Program-made: the position numbers and the translations under genes
Source of the DNA: Paraspadella gotoi
Lineage: Eukaryota; Animalia; Chaetognatha
Assembly (NCBI GenBank): GCA_051294375.1
Contig: CM119268.1
Span: forward strand, 18,492,005 to 18,556,004
Direction: 5' to 3'
Length of the DNA: 64,000 nucleotides
Shown: positions 1 through 13,440 of the stretch, piece after piece
How the letters are laid out: each line of letters begins with the position of its first letter
Numbering within the stretch: position 1 is the first letter of the stretch
Notes under the pieces: model-generated
Told to the model about the DNA's origin: nothing
Seen by the model: the letters and a program-made list of their open reading frames with translations, nothing else
Databases searched by the model: none

Positions 1-210
1 GGGTGGGGTTAAGGTTGGAGTTCTCAAAATTAGGATCGAAATCCGTTTGTGTCAAGAAATCATCCGAGTTGTTGAGAGAGTTGTTTCGACTTTTTTCCTA
101 GACTGACTCGACTCACTCGACCCACTCGACCCAACCGACCCAACCGACTCACTCGACTCACTCGACACACTCGACACATTAGACACACTAGACACACTCG
201 ACTCCTTTAC

Positions 211-1635
211 CTTGGTCTTGATCGAGAGTCAAACTGTGAGGCAGTGTGAGGGGCAAGAGGCTCGAGATCCTCCACAGCAGCGTGCCGTCGGGGGCGAAAA
301 GAGCCACTCGGGGTTCGCAGCCCGCGTCGGCGACGAAGAAGGATCCGTCCCGGCGAACGGCGATGTCGCTCGGCCGACAAAAGTGCGTCGCGTCGGCGCC
401 GGGAACGAACCGCTCACCAAGACTCAATTCGGCCGACAAAGTGGAGAGAGCGTTGTCGTTGTTGTCGTTGTCGTCGTCGTTTCCGATGTCGGACAACGAA
501 GCGAATTTGAAAACCTGTAAATAATGTACGAAGGAATATTAAATAATATAAAATTAGTGATTTTAATTCGCAAAAGGGTTGGTTAGAAAATGAACGTCGT
601 TTTTGGATACATCTTAGTATAGACATTCGAAAAAACAAGTTTCAACTATGGCCAACAAGAATATTTAGCTACGATGATGATATCATTTAAGGTAATACTG
701 AATCATATAAAAGGTAAAATACAAGTTTGTATGTATATAATGTATATAATATTTATATATAAACCCTTACCTGATGGGCGCCGGCGTCGGTCATCCAAAC
801 GGCGCCCGTAGAGTCGATGGTGAGGCCGTGAGGAATGTAAAACATGTTGGCGCCCATCTCTTGAGTCACATGACCCGATTTCGTGCTGAGAGGAGAGAAA
901 GATAAGAATGAACAAATATAGTAGGCAAAGATACAAACAATGCAAAAATCAGAATAATATAATAAAAATAATATAATTTATTATTTTCCTTATAATCTTA
1001 AGCTCACATTTCGTATATAGCCCAAATATTTGAATTAAAAAGATTCTTATATGGTTACATCGCTTTCTATTTATCTTAGTTATAACCCATGGATAATAAT
1101 AGTAATTGCGGGGTTAAAAAAATAATATTTACTCGATGACATATAAAGTGTTCTCCCGAATCGGAGTCCGAAATTCTTCCCATAATCGATTTTCGTCGTC
1201 AAAAGGAAAAACGCGATCTTCTCTCGATCCCCAGTGGAAGACGAGCAAAGCCTCATTGGAGATGGCAGCGAGGCCGCTCACGTGACCCAGGCCGGAGACC
1301 TAACGTTGTTGTTTTATATTGTGGTTAAATATAGGTAATTGTAATTGCAATTATATTAATGATAACTATTTCGCTGATTTTGATAGTTTTGAATTGTCAA
1401 CAGATTAGTACAAAAGCGTTAAGAACATTAGATTAAAAGGCGGCAGAAATTTTTTTTTCTTTTTCGATGCCTTGATTTTTGGTTATTCATTTTGTTAGTT
1501 TTATTGTTTGTTTGTTACTTTGTTACTTACCTTGAATCGAGGATCGTAAGACATTTTTGACTCGGAATCGAATATGAAAAGAATGTATATCACGAAAATG
1601 GATTTCGCTTTCAATTTGCTCCACAAAAATGGCAT
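211..1635 (-). CDS. Monofunctional peptidyl-alpha-hydroxyglycine alpha-amidating lyase (PAL)-like NHL-repeat protein; partial, continues off the left edge
   Basis: Four in-phase GT-AG exons: 1635-1531 (MPFLWSKLKAKSIFVIYILFIF, signal-like), 1299-1133 (LGHVSGLAA..LLVFHWGS..PIRENTLYVID), 885-771 (GANMFYIPHGLTIDSTGAVWMTDAGAHQ) and 514-211 (VFK..HFCRPSDIAV..FVADAGCEPRV..LPHSL). These are colinear with the PAL domain of PAM (GQVSGVA, FYLPHGL, HQVFK, HFCQPTDVAV, VPHSL). No PHM domain lies between the ATG and PAL. Confidence 0.9.
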
Positions 1636-2403
1636 AATTTATTTATTCTGGATAGAGAAAGAAATCATGAGTTAACGTTTTCGTTAGGTTAAGCCATAAT
1701 AGCAACATCTTGAGGCGTCAAAAGAAATGTAAAAATGCAAATAGATGAAATTGAATTGAAGTGTTTTAACGTGATGTTCAAGTAAGTATTTCTTTACATC
1801 ATTACAACATTTTTTTTAATTTAAAAACTTCTTTCAAAGTTGATCAAAAACATTTTTTTTCTCGTTTCAACAGCGATATATTTATTTATTAAAAGGACAT
1901 GTTTCGGTTATGTTTTTAAAAGTTATAAATATCAGTTTGATAAAGATTACTATTTGAAAAGAATTGCAGCGTACAACGAAAAGAAGGAATAGAGTCATTG
2001 ATTAAATCAGACAATTCAGAAAAAGTGGCCTGACAATTTTCGATCTCTACTGGAAGGATCAAGGTCACCAGATCGCTGGCCTTTCATCGTAAGAATAATA
2101 ATCTGAAGAGAGAGAAAGTCAGCAAAGTTGACGAACAACTTTCCTATTACGTAATTCCAATTCCATAATCAAAAGATCGATTGGACATAGTAGTCATAAT
2201 TTAGAAATGTAAAAGAGATGAAAAAGAATTACTTTGTGAAAACTATTTAAAAAATAACATAAATGTATCAAAAAAAATATCATAACGTGGCTTTATACTT
2301 TATTTTTAGCTATTGTCAATCTTGCCACACTTTTCTAGTAATCAACTGAAAGATTAAGAGTCAGCTAAGGACAAGAACCGACCTTCCTCTCTCTCTTTCT
2401 CTC

Positions 2404-2510
<107 letters not shown>

Positions 2511-2516
2511 CAATAG

Positions 2517-5302
2517 ATCGATACAGGGAGAAAGAAAATAGTATCGTGGGAGAACGAGCCTCTCCTCGACGTGGAGAATGCTGAATGCAATCAACCTCTT
2601 AGAGATTGCGATATTTTGGTGTCGACGAAGACGTCGAGAAACGCGGATTGCGGAGAATTGAAAAGGTTTAATCCAGTTTAATGAAAACGTCCCGGGGTTA
2701 GATGGGTAGGGGAGTAGACAGTAGACACGAGACAGTAGACACCCTTTACCAAGCCGAAAAAAAAAATTATTTACATTAGTTTTTTAACAGTTGAAATGGA
2801 TAAAAACATATGTAAGTTGCTTTTATTTGATTTTTAAAACTTTTTTGTTGTCAAGTTGTATTGTTTATAGGGAGTGAGATGAGCTTACCATACAGAGGTT
2901 CCCTAGTGGAGGGGCCTGCCAATTCTCTTCACACAATTGCAAACCCCCGCCTATATCCATTATCATCTCAGCCTGGGCGAAGTATGGCGTCGTTACAATC
3001 AGTGCAACGTCATTTTCGACGAAAAATCTTACGCCAACATCGTCCGGTTACGTCAGCGAATCAGATCGTCGTCGTCGTCGACGGCGGCAGCTTTCAACGT
3101 GAGCTGGGACATTTTGATGGAAGACTCGGACGATGAGCCTCCAGTTGTGTCGAGGATTCCCAGGTTTGGTCCTTCTCTCTATCTTTTATCTTTCCTCTTG
3201 TCCTTCGACACTTCATTTTGTTCATTCTTTCCTTTTCATCTTCCCTCACTCCCTGCCTCCTTTTTCTTATTTCCTTCTTCTCCTTCTTCCTCTTCTTTCC
3301 TCTTTTTCCCCTCACCCTTTTGAATCCAGGGACCTGTCTCGTCTCATCGCTGGCCAACTTTGGAGAGACGCTTCCGTCGCTTACGGTTTTCTTCCTCTTT
3401 ATTATACCGATGTCGACGACGTAGACCGCGCCGCCAGCACCGGCTACGGCGGCGTCGAGGCCGCTCCTACCGCCACACCGGGCGCCGCTCCAGCTGCCAA
3501 TCCGAGCGCCTCTCCTTCCGCCAGTCCCGCTGCTTCTCCCAAGTGGACCCTCGAAGGGATGGCCGTGTGGCGGCGAGACGGGACGGTGAAGCGCCTTCCG
3601 GATTGGGGTGAAGATCTGTCTTTGGCAGAGACGTCGTCGTCGATGCCCAACTTGGTGATGACTGAGACGACGACGACGACGATGGGGCTGGAGGAGGAAG
3701 TGATGGGGCTGTTGTTCGAAGTGAAGGCGACGGACGGCGACGCCGACGACAACGACAAATCCATGTCGACTTATGGGAGGAGCGTTGCGCAGTTGAGGTG
3801 GGTAAGGGAAGGGAAAGGAAAGAAAGGAAAGAAAGATTAAAACAGAAATGAAATGAAAAAAAAATAGAAAGAAGAAGAGGTGGGTAAGGGAAGGAGAAGG
3901 AAAAAAAGGAAAGAAAGATAATTGTTTCCCATATTCTTCAGATTCTTCCTTTCATCGTTTCGGTATATTTTCTTTCGTCCTCTCGGATTTGTTAATGTTA
4001 TTTGTTTCCTCCTTCGTTTCCTTCTTCATCTTCTTCTGTTTTCTTCTCTGTTTATTTTCTTTTATCTGTTTACTTCTTCTCCCTCTTTTCTGTGTGCCCC
4101 TTTAATCTCTTTTATCTGTTCCTTTCTTTCCTTCCGTCTATTCTTTGTTTTCCTTCTCTCTTTTCCCTTCTTCCCTCTCCGTCTCCTCTCTCCCCTTACA
4201 TTCTCTTCCTATCCTTTTTTCTCCGATCAGTTTTCTCTTTCCTCTCTTCTTTGTCCTTCCCCTCTCTTTCCTCCTTCTTTCTCCCCTTCCTCCTCCTCCT
4301 CCTCCCCCCCACTCCCCCCTCCCTCCCTCTTCTTCAGTCATCAGATGGTCTTCCTTCTCGAGTCCGACTTTCGCTTCCTTCTTAACGCCTCCACCGAGGA
4401 CGAGCTGTTCCTAGTCTGCGCCAACGAGGCCCTTGCCGACGCCGCTCAAGCCGACGACTCCGCTCAAGCCGACAACTCCGCCCAAGCCGACGACTCCGCT
4501 CGAGCCGCCGAACCTGCGGCTTCGTCCGACCGACGCGCCAGATCATCGGCTTCGTGGACGTTGCCCGTTTCGCCGCCGCGCTGCCCGATCGAATTTACGA
4601 CGACGGGCGACGTCTTTCTTAAGAAGAAGGAGAAAAAGGAGGAGGATGAGGGCGGACAAGAGGTTCGGCGGTAACATTGCGTAGAATTTTTGTCTGTCTG
4701 TCTGTTTATCCGTCCATCCGTAGGTCCATAGATCTGTCGATGGAAATTACGTTAAATAAAGTTATATGAGAATGTAAATTTCGTTACATCGTCTAAAAAA
4801 AAAGACGATTTACTACACATATATCGACTATATCATTTGGAATATATCGGATATTATGGCAACGAGGAAACATGTGTGATGCCCGATGTATAAGGCATCT
4901 CCCGACAGCTGGCGCTCAGGGATTTGGACCGTGGCGTGTTCATGCCGACACAATCATACACCAGCTTGACCGTGAGAGGATTGAACCCAAAACTCACGGT
5001 TGGTAAACTATTACTTAGCTGTCCAATACAAAGAGACGAGCTAAGTGAATGTAGAATGTAGAATGTAGTATTTGCCACAATATTCTCTTTTTTTTTTCAG
5101 GTCCCTTTCGCCAAATGCAGTTTGATTCTAACGGATTTTCATTGCGTAGAAAAGATTTATCTCAAAATGAAACTAAAGTTTATCAAGGTTTTTTCTTCCT
5201 GGATTTACTTTTGAGTTTTATTTATATTAAATTTTGACGCTGTATTTTTAACTTTCTCTGTCTATAGGTCCAATGCAGTCTCAAAGAGAGAGAAAGAGAA
5301 AG

Positions 5303-5342
<40 letters not shown>

Positions 5343-5454
5343 GAGAGAAGAGAGAGAGGAGAGATAGAGAGAGAAAGATAGAAAAAAGAGAGAAAGAAAG
5401 AAAGAGAAAAAAAGAGAAAAAAGAAAGAAAGAAAGAAATAAAGATAGATAGAAA

Positions 5455-5490
<36 letters not shown>

Positions 5491-6600
5491 TGAGAGTGAG
5501 TCTTTCTTTCTCCCTTGTTTAAAGGACGACATGACCAACATTGTCGTTGACTGCCTGGCAGAGACGCGCCAGTTTCCGCTCGCCTGGTGGCGCTGCGATT
5601 CGCCTGCCGGATGTATTCTCGTCGATCCGGTTCACGTGACGACGGAGACGCGGACGGTGAACGGGCGTGACGTCGAGGTGAATGACTGGATGGACGGACC
5701 GATCAACGGACGACAGGACTATATTGATTCGTGGAATAGACGAAAATGAAAGAGAGACAGTGACGGATCTAAAAAGTAACCGACGAATATGTATCCCTAT
5801 CGATTTATTGTATTCACTTCGCTCAACAAATATCAATAATTATATATTAGTTTAAAATGATAATAAATTGTTAAACGTAAAGTTTTTATTTGCATATCCT
5901 TTACAAATAAATATCAGCAACACTTTGGTTAATTTAGGCAAAAACTCTTAACGTTTCAACGGCTGTGGATTCGGAAGATCTTCAAGTGGTTTGTCGACAT
6001 CATCCCAAATGGATCGTCAGAAGTCTGGAGATCAAAGTCGTCAAGAGATACAATAGTGAGATTGTTGTCTTGTTATAAAGAAGGGTGGTACGCATATGTA
6101 GTCGTTATTTCCTAAGTATTTAATATGAAAGACCCGAAATGCTCTCTATGGGAGCTCTTGAAATTTAATTATTGTCATGTATTGAAATAATTTCCCAGTT
6201 AATTAGATAAATAAGTCAATTGATATTACAATCGTCTCTCTCTCTCTCTCTCTCTCTCTCTACTCCTTCAACAGTACACCAAGAGGCCAAAGTTGCGGCC
6301 AAATTCGAATTCGACGCTGCCTGGGCGATCGGCTTCCTTCTGGCCGCCGCCGTCGTCGCTTCTTTCATTTCCTTTTTCGTCTGTTGGCGGAGGCAGAAGA
6401 GGAGGAGGAAAAGAGAAGAGAAGAGAAAGAGGATAGAGGAATATAAGAAGGCGATAGAAGAAGAGGGAGAAAAGGAGGAAGAGGAAGGAAAAGAGGAAGG
6501 GCTCGAAGTGCAGACTATACGACATTTGGAATCCTTGCATCGATTGAAATCCGAAGTGGCGAAGACATTGTCGAAAAAAAGTCGGGCGAAGGCGAAATGA
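2517..6600 (+). CDS. Single-pass membrane protein with degenerate cadherin-like motifs; 5' structure uncertain
   Basis: Phase-consistent exons ~2907-3163, 3330-3801, 4345-4662, 5101-5187, 5525-5677, 5938-6055 and 6275-6600, with a possible upstream exon at 2517-2665. Motifs EDSDDEPP, YTDVDD, FEVKATDGD and LLDVE resemble cadherin Ca-binding signatures. The last exon has a TM helix (AWAIGFLLAAAVVASFISFFVCW), a basic stop-transfer and a short charged tail. Coding status is better supported than the family call. Confidence 0.55.
4851..5046 (-). mobile_element. tRNA-derived SINE, family A copy 1 (intronic)
   Basis: The reverse complement aligns with 24113-24288 (GGGTTCAATCC B-box, TCACGGTCA, CCCTGAGCGCCAGCTGTCGG, GTTGCCATAAT end). 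A-box-like TAGCTCG at the 5' end. Confidence 0.7.
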
Positions 6601-6965
6601 TTTTTAGTGATTTGGGTGGATTGATCAAATTTCTTGCTGCAAATTAGTTTTGAATTTTTCAACTTAGCGTTTTCGTATTTATAAGTATGTATATCCTTTT
6701 CTTTCTTTAATAACGAATGGTTATTTTTAAAGTTCAAATAGTATATCAAAAATTAACTGAGCCAGCGGAAAAATCAAAAATCAACGTGTTATCTTTTTTA
6801 GTCTTCTTAGTATAGATAATAATAATGAAAAAAAAAACCTGTAAATGTAAATATAATATATATCAACCACGAAAGGAGAAAAAGCTACACAGCAGCGACA
6901 GCTTCAAAGCAGCTGCACGTTATTCGCAAATAATCCGCCTCCGCCACAGGCTAAGTCTTCATCGC

Positions 6966-7514
6966 TTAAACGTCCTTTGCTTCTTTCACCTTCAACGTCC
7001 CCGCCACCTCCGTCGTCGCCGCCCCGCCGCCGCCTTTCATGCTTTCCGTGAATAAGAGATGGCGTTTGCGCGGTCGATGCTCGTTTCCAGCGGCATCGGT
7101 CGTTTCCGGTGCCGAGAATCGCGTCGTTTTCCGGCGCGAGGATCGTGTGAATGATTTAGAATCGTTATCGCTGATGTATTGAACGAGAGCGATTTGCATG
7201 AATGTTTCATTTTAAAGAATAAAGATAAAAAAAGGAAAAAATGTTGTGTATATATTAATGGTAAATTTAAAAATTTAAATTTTTTTTTTTAACATAAGTT
7301 ATAATAAAAACGAATATGTAGATTGTTCGACGATATGAAGTCAAAGCGACCATTTCATAAAAATATTTTTTTTCAGTTCAGTGTATTTTTGTTTCAACAA
7401 AGCGTCTCGTTTTCAAGTCTATTTTTTGAAGCTACTAAAAGATGTCGCTTTTTTTTAAATAATTTTCTAAAGTTGAATCCTTTTCTTTCACAATCGAATG
7501 TGGAGAATTCGATA

Positions 7515-7583
<69 letters not shown>

Positions 7584-7670
7584 GGCGCACCTGCGTCATC
7601 TAACCTCCACCACGTTTTCCAGCAGAGGATTTTTTTTTCGCCTCGTACGACGGGAGGATAAAACGCAACT
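6966..7670 (-). other. Possible exon(s) of an unidentified gene
   Basis: GC-rich islands at 6966-7170 and 7591-7668 with AG/GT boundaries on the minus strand. No recognisable domain and the frame is ambiguous. Confidence 0.25.
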
Positions 7671-7754
7671 GCCGTTTCACTTGTGAGAGAAATTTTTCTT
7701 CTCTCACAATCGAATCTTGGAATTGGATATCAGAAAAAGAAAGAGAGAGAGAAG

Positions 7755-7835
<81 letters not shown>

Positions 7836-8457
7836 AGGAGAGAGAGAGACGGATTCGATAAGATAAGACGCGGCTCAGCGTGGAGGAAGGGTGATTGCCT
7901 TTGTTTGTGTGGGTGAATGAAATTTAGCTGAGGTGGGCGAAGGACGAGAGAGTGGGTAGGGATGTTGAAGCAAATGGGAAGTGAATTTGAATTGTGGTGG
8001 TGGAAATTGACTCGTTGTAAAATCGATGTGATAAAGAAAGGATGTCAAATCAAAGGCAGAGATAATGGATCGTTTTAAATACAGGGAAAATAATTTTTTA
8101 CGAAGATATGGGTAAAATGTTAAGTTACTTTTAACTTGAAATAACAGTAATTCTTTGTTGAGTGGGTAAGAAAAATAAGTTGGAGGATTGTGAATGAAAA
8201 TGAAATGGGTTGAGCGAGTGGGCGTGTCCGGGAAGACGCGGGTTTTTCCCCCGTTTCCGGTGGATCTCACGCTCGCGATTGACGCCCCCAGTTTTTGCCA
8301 CTCGCTTATCTTCCCTTCCAATTTTTCTCTCTTTTTTATTTTCTTTTTTTTTCTCTCATCAATTTCCTTTTTCCTTTTTTCTCCTTTACTTTTTTTTATC
8401 TTTACTTCTCTTCTTCTCTCTCTCTCTCTTCCTCTCTCTCTCTCTCTCTCTCTCCTC

Positions 8458-8488
<31 letters not shown>

Positions 8489-10634
8489 CTCCTCTTTCTT
8501 TCTCTTCTTCTCTCTCCCTCTCTCTCTCTCGGCTATTCCTCCTCTCATTTTCAACGAGATCGTCCCGGCGAAGTTTATATCCGTCAACATTTTTTTTCCA
8601 CGAAATTTTATTTTCCGTGAAAAAAAAAGAAACTTTTTTCTTCGACGATTTAAACTTATTTTTGGCATTTTTATTTTCCGGGGAATTAAGTCATCCAATT
8701 TTTTGTAATGGCTAGTTTTACGGTAATAGTATTTTTAGACGTAATCGCTTTTCGTCTAGACTCTAATCTAATCTAATCTTGTGCAAAAAAAGAAGACACT
8801 CTTCAAACTTAAGTTGCGCTCGTTTTACGCACATATTATTAAACAATTATGAATGATAAATGTAGATTTTGAAATAGGAAATCCATATGTGAAAGTTAAA
8901 AGAAAATCGGTTCAAGCACTCAAGAGCTTTTACTTCCGACAGACAAGTCGTCAAAAACTTCCGTCATTTTAGTCACTACCAAAAAAAATCATTTTTAAAA
9001 ATCTATCAAAAACCGAAGATACTCTTTAGCCTTAATTTATGGGCATTGTATTTATGTTTTCTAAAAAATTATGAATAAGAAATAAGGACTTTTGAAAAAG
9101 GAATCCATTTGTATAACTTTAAAGAAAATCGGTCCAGTCATTCCAGAGCACCTTAAAAACAAGAGGTTAAAAATACCTTAATTTTTTTCTGCTTTGATAT
9201 TCTGTTTGAGTACTTAGTAGTTGTAACCTCGTAGTTACTTTTAAAAAACCACTGCTTCGTAACGTATTAATTATATTATTATAACGCCACGTATTAACCA
9301 AATTTATGCCAATAGTACATTTTTCTATAAATATTATTCTTTTATAATATCTTTCATTTTAAAAGAATCTAACTTGATTTATGTTCATAATGATTTTGGG
9401 TGTCCTCTTTTTTTTCACAGGACTGTACTTTTAGCAAATCGAAATTTTCCATTTCCTTTTTAAAACTTACATTTTTTCATTGCTCCTGTTAATCATTACA
9501 ACTATTTTAAACGGAAAGTTCTACCGACGACGACATTGCTTGCATCCGCTGTCGCCATCATCTGCTTGCATGCCCTGCGGGCATCTCCTGCTTGCAACCA
9601 CTGCCAGCATCCGTAGCCGGAATCGGGTCTTCTTCCCCGTTTCTTTTCAAATTCGGCAAATTCTTTCTTTCTATGGGAAAGTTTGATCTTCATCGGGCTT
9701 TCTGGAAAATAAGGCCCTTTTTCATTTACAGCAAAATCACTTATCTTTCTATGACTTCCGAAAAACTTGTTTTGTGGATAAGGCTCAAAGTGGGCAAAAT
9801 ACGACTATCCGTAACTTCTGTGCCCCCTGAGCAGCAATGGAACGAGTCCTGGGCTTGGAACCAGGCTTTAGGGTTTTCCACACGTTTTCCTTTTTCTATT
9901 TCCAGTAAATCCCCTGCGAAATCACATTGCCTTCCTTGTACGGTCAAGGGGGTGTAGGACTGAGGTGGTTATTGGTTAGTGACCGAGATGTTTAGGAGTT
10001 GAAGGTGGTGAGGAGGTTGAGATGGTTAGTGGCCGAGGTGGTTAAGTACTGAGGTGGTAAGAGTTTAAGTGGTTGAGGCCATATCGCTGCCGATGATGGA
10101 TGTTCGGACGCTGACGAGAGAATGGATTATTGTCGAGGATCTTAACGACTGGAGAGAAGAGGCGGGGATAGAAAGACGAGAATGTAAAGAAAGACAATGG
10201 ATAGAAAGACCGATAAGTTGGCGTTTAAAAGTTTCAAGCGTCAAAAGTCGGACAACGAATTAAAAGATAGAAACAAGGTTGTAAATGTAAATCGTGTAAA
10301 TGTAAAAACAAAAAAAATATCGTACAGAAGAAGTGTCCAAATGTCCGGAAGGACGGACGGATGCTACAATTAAAAATGAGAAGATGGACTAAAGGCAGGG
10401 AATGATGACTGAAACAACGGGGGGAAACAAGCCCGAAAATAGGACTAAAACAAAACTGAAAACAAGGCTGGAGAGAAAGTGCAATAAAAGATCAGCCGAT
10501 AGATAAGCGGACAGAAAGGTGGGATAGAAGGCGAAGGAACCGATAACAAATTCTACCTACGCCGCCTCCCATATTTTCGCTCGTCCCGGAAAATTGTTGG
10601 AGAAATAAAGAAAAAGGACGAGCGTATTCGTGGC

Positions 10635-10676
<42 letters not shown>

Positions 10677-10687
10677 AGAGGAGAGAG

Positions 10688-10736
<49 letters not shown>

Positions 10737-11189
10737 GGGAAGAGAAAAATGTCAGTAAGAGATTACGGGGGCGTCGCTTCGGCGTCGCGCGTAGTGAACC
10801 ATATTTTTCCTTTTTTTTATCTCTCTTTGATGTATTAAATAAAAATAAAAGAAAGAATAAAAAAAGAAGAGAACAAATAAGAAAGATATAAGAAAGAATA
10901 AGAATAAGGAAGTAAAAAAGAATATGTTAATATGTTAACATAAAAAAAGTTTATATTTTCATTTATTTTTATTCCTTTCGACTGCCCTTTTTCCATTTTC
11001 CATGACCATCACGTCTTTCTGTTTGTTTATTTCACTTTTTTCATCTCATAAATTTTGCATTTGTCTTTTTTTTCTTTTTCTAAAATTGATCCGTCAGAAA
11101 AGATGTTTGTGCAAAAGGGGCGTGAATTTTCTCAACCCTCACGATATTTTTAGAATTGGCCAAAACCATTGAAATCGAAAGCCGCAATG

Positions 11190-11570
11190 TTTTTAGTTGC
11201 CCTGCGATTACTCGCGGAGTATCTTGAAAAGTTACTTTTCGGTCGATCGCTCTGTCTGTCTGTCCTTACGTATCCGAATTCATGGGTTGGTTGCTCCCAA
11301 ATATAAATCACCCTTGCAAAGGAAAGGATGTCCGTTCATCGTACTTTCTGTCCATCCGTCCGTCTGTTCATATACATGTTTAAACTCTTATTACTCGTGA
11401 TTGAATGAATAGAATAAGTTTAAATTTGGTGCCTAGAAACGTGTGTGATTGAGCTGGAAATTAAGTTTCAATCGGATTGTGCGACTGAAAGTAATTTATT
11501 TTATAGTCAAGTAATCATAGGGTAATGCGTCAATGAAAGAAAGTCAGTGCAGCGCAACACTTTGTACTTA
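11190..11570. repeat. Probable non-autonomous interspersed repeat with (TCTG/TCCG)n tracts (DINE/Helentron-like appearance)
   Basis: AAAGTTACTTTTCGGTCG followed by TCTG/TCCG tracts. Similar fragments lie on the opposite strand at ~56890-57000, ~19620-19720 and ~21320-21410. Confidence 0.35.
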
Positions 11571-12514
11571 CTTGTTCTTGTTTTCGTCTTGGTAAGGATC
11601 CGAGAGCGATTCAAATTTTCTGGTTCTCTTTTGGTATAATCCTAAATTATGTTTCTTTTCAATTTATGACCCTTAAGATTATTGACTACTTAAGAATAGA
11701 CATTCTGCAAATGTAAGAAGTTTTTATCTGTTCTTAATGCAAATTTAATCTAAATCATAATTTCGACTGACCGACTGACCATTTGCTACGTTTAGCGTGT
11801 CAGGGCGAGTCAAGACTTACTAGAATAATCTCCAACTTGTTTTGCTTGACGGTCGTCTTTTCGCCGTCGAGTCAAAGTAAACAATCGAATGAAAGTTAAA
11901 GTCAACAGACGGAGGACAAAAAAAAAAAGAAAAAAAAAGGAAAAAAGAAGAAGCAATTTCTAACGAAATAATAAAAACCAAAGTAAAACAAATAAAAAAA
12001 AGAATTGAATTCGAATACCGCGAGATAACTACAACAGCGACGATCCTGCAGCCTTCCAGCCTTCCTCTCCCCCCCCCCTTCTCTTTCTTCTTTGCCCAAC
12101 GCAGAATTCAGAACAAGAATCCATAATTGTCGCTTTCCGTCTCCTTTTTCTCTCCTCTTTCCTCTCCTCCTCCTTCCTCCTCCCCCTCCTCCTCCCCCCC
12201 TCCTCCCCCCCGGGTTTCGTCTTCCGATTTAATATAAATAAAGAGGGAGAAAATCCTCGGAAAGGAGAGAGAGAGAGAGAGAAAAGGGAGGGTTTAAAAA
12301 CAAATTTAATAAGCGGCAAGTGGACTAACGCCTAAATCTTTCTTTTTTTTATTCCGCACTAAGGAGAGGGTGAGAGAGAGAATATGGAGGAGAGAGAGAG
12401 AGTGAAGGGGACTTAGGACCACGCCAGCCTGGTTACTAAAGGAGTTAGAATGGAAGGGGAAATAAGAAAGAAACGAAGGAAAATAATATTGTGAAAAAAC
12501 GAGGAGGAGAGAGC

Positions 12515-12564
<50 letters not shown>

Positions 12565-12984
12565 AGGAGAGAGGAGAGAGAGATGAGAGAGAGAGGATCA
12601 GGAAGGACGGGTGATTTACGCCAGATTCCCGAGTCTGTGATTAAGGCGGCAATTTTTCGATATAATTCACGGACAGGAAGGAGGGAAGGAAGGAGCCGAA
12701 CAAAAAGGGGAGAAAGAAAATGTAATCAAAATCCGTTGGATAAAACAGAGAAAAAGCGGAAGAGTAGAAAGCGAGGACTTAAAGTTAAAGTGATAGAAAA
12801 ACGGAAAGAAAAAAGAGTAAGATAGGGTATTGTACAAAAATTTGAAATCATTACGAAGTGTACTTTAATCATTAATTGGCAGTTAAATATGGGAATTACT
12901 CCAATTTGGAGTTACCTTTCTGTCGCTCTTTTATAATTAAGAATACATTGTAGTATTGGATTTAGCTTTGATTTTTTTTATGTG

Positions 12985-13440
12985 TTTGTTGGCGCGTAAA
13001 ACCTACGCCAAAACTTATTATGTGGCGTTAATGATTTTTACAAATAATTTTTTAAAAATATATCAAGTTAAATAATTGTAAATGTCTATATTTAAATTTG
13101 AAAAGAAATTGTGGCGCAAAATAGCGTGAAAGGAAGGTAAAACCGTTTAATATGATATCATGAAGTGGCGTAAAGACTTTCTGATTATTTTCTGGTAAAA
13201 GCTATTCAGTTAAGTTGTTTTAAAGATTTATTTGGCCTTTTTTATACTGATGTGGCGTAGAATGGGGTAAAATAAACATTAAACCATATAACTACTATTT
13301 AATTATGTGGCGTCAAGGCTTTTTGTTTATTTTCTAGTAACAACTATTCAGTTAACTTGCAGGATACAGGATTGGCGTAGAATGGCGTAAAATGAACAGA
13401 AAACCATATTAATATCATTTCATATCGTGACGTAAATTTT
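12985..13440. repeat. Degenerate tandem repeat, ~120-140 bp unit, marked by TGGCGTA
   Basis: GGCGTAAAGACTTTCTGATTATTTTCTGGTAAAAGCTATTCAGTTAA (~13168) recurs as GGCGTCAAGGCTTTTTGTTTATTTTCTAGTAACAACTATTCAGTTAA (~13309), with further TGGCGTA-anchored units around them. Confidence 0.6.
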
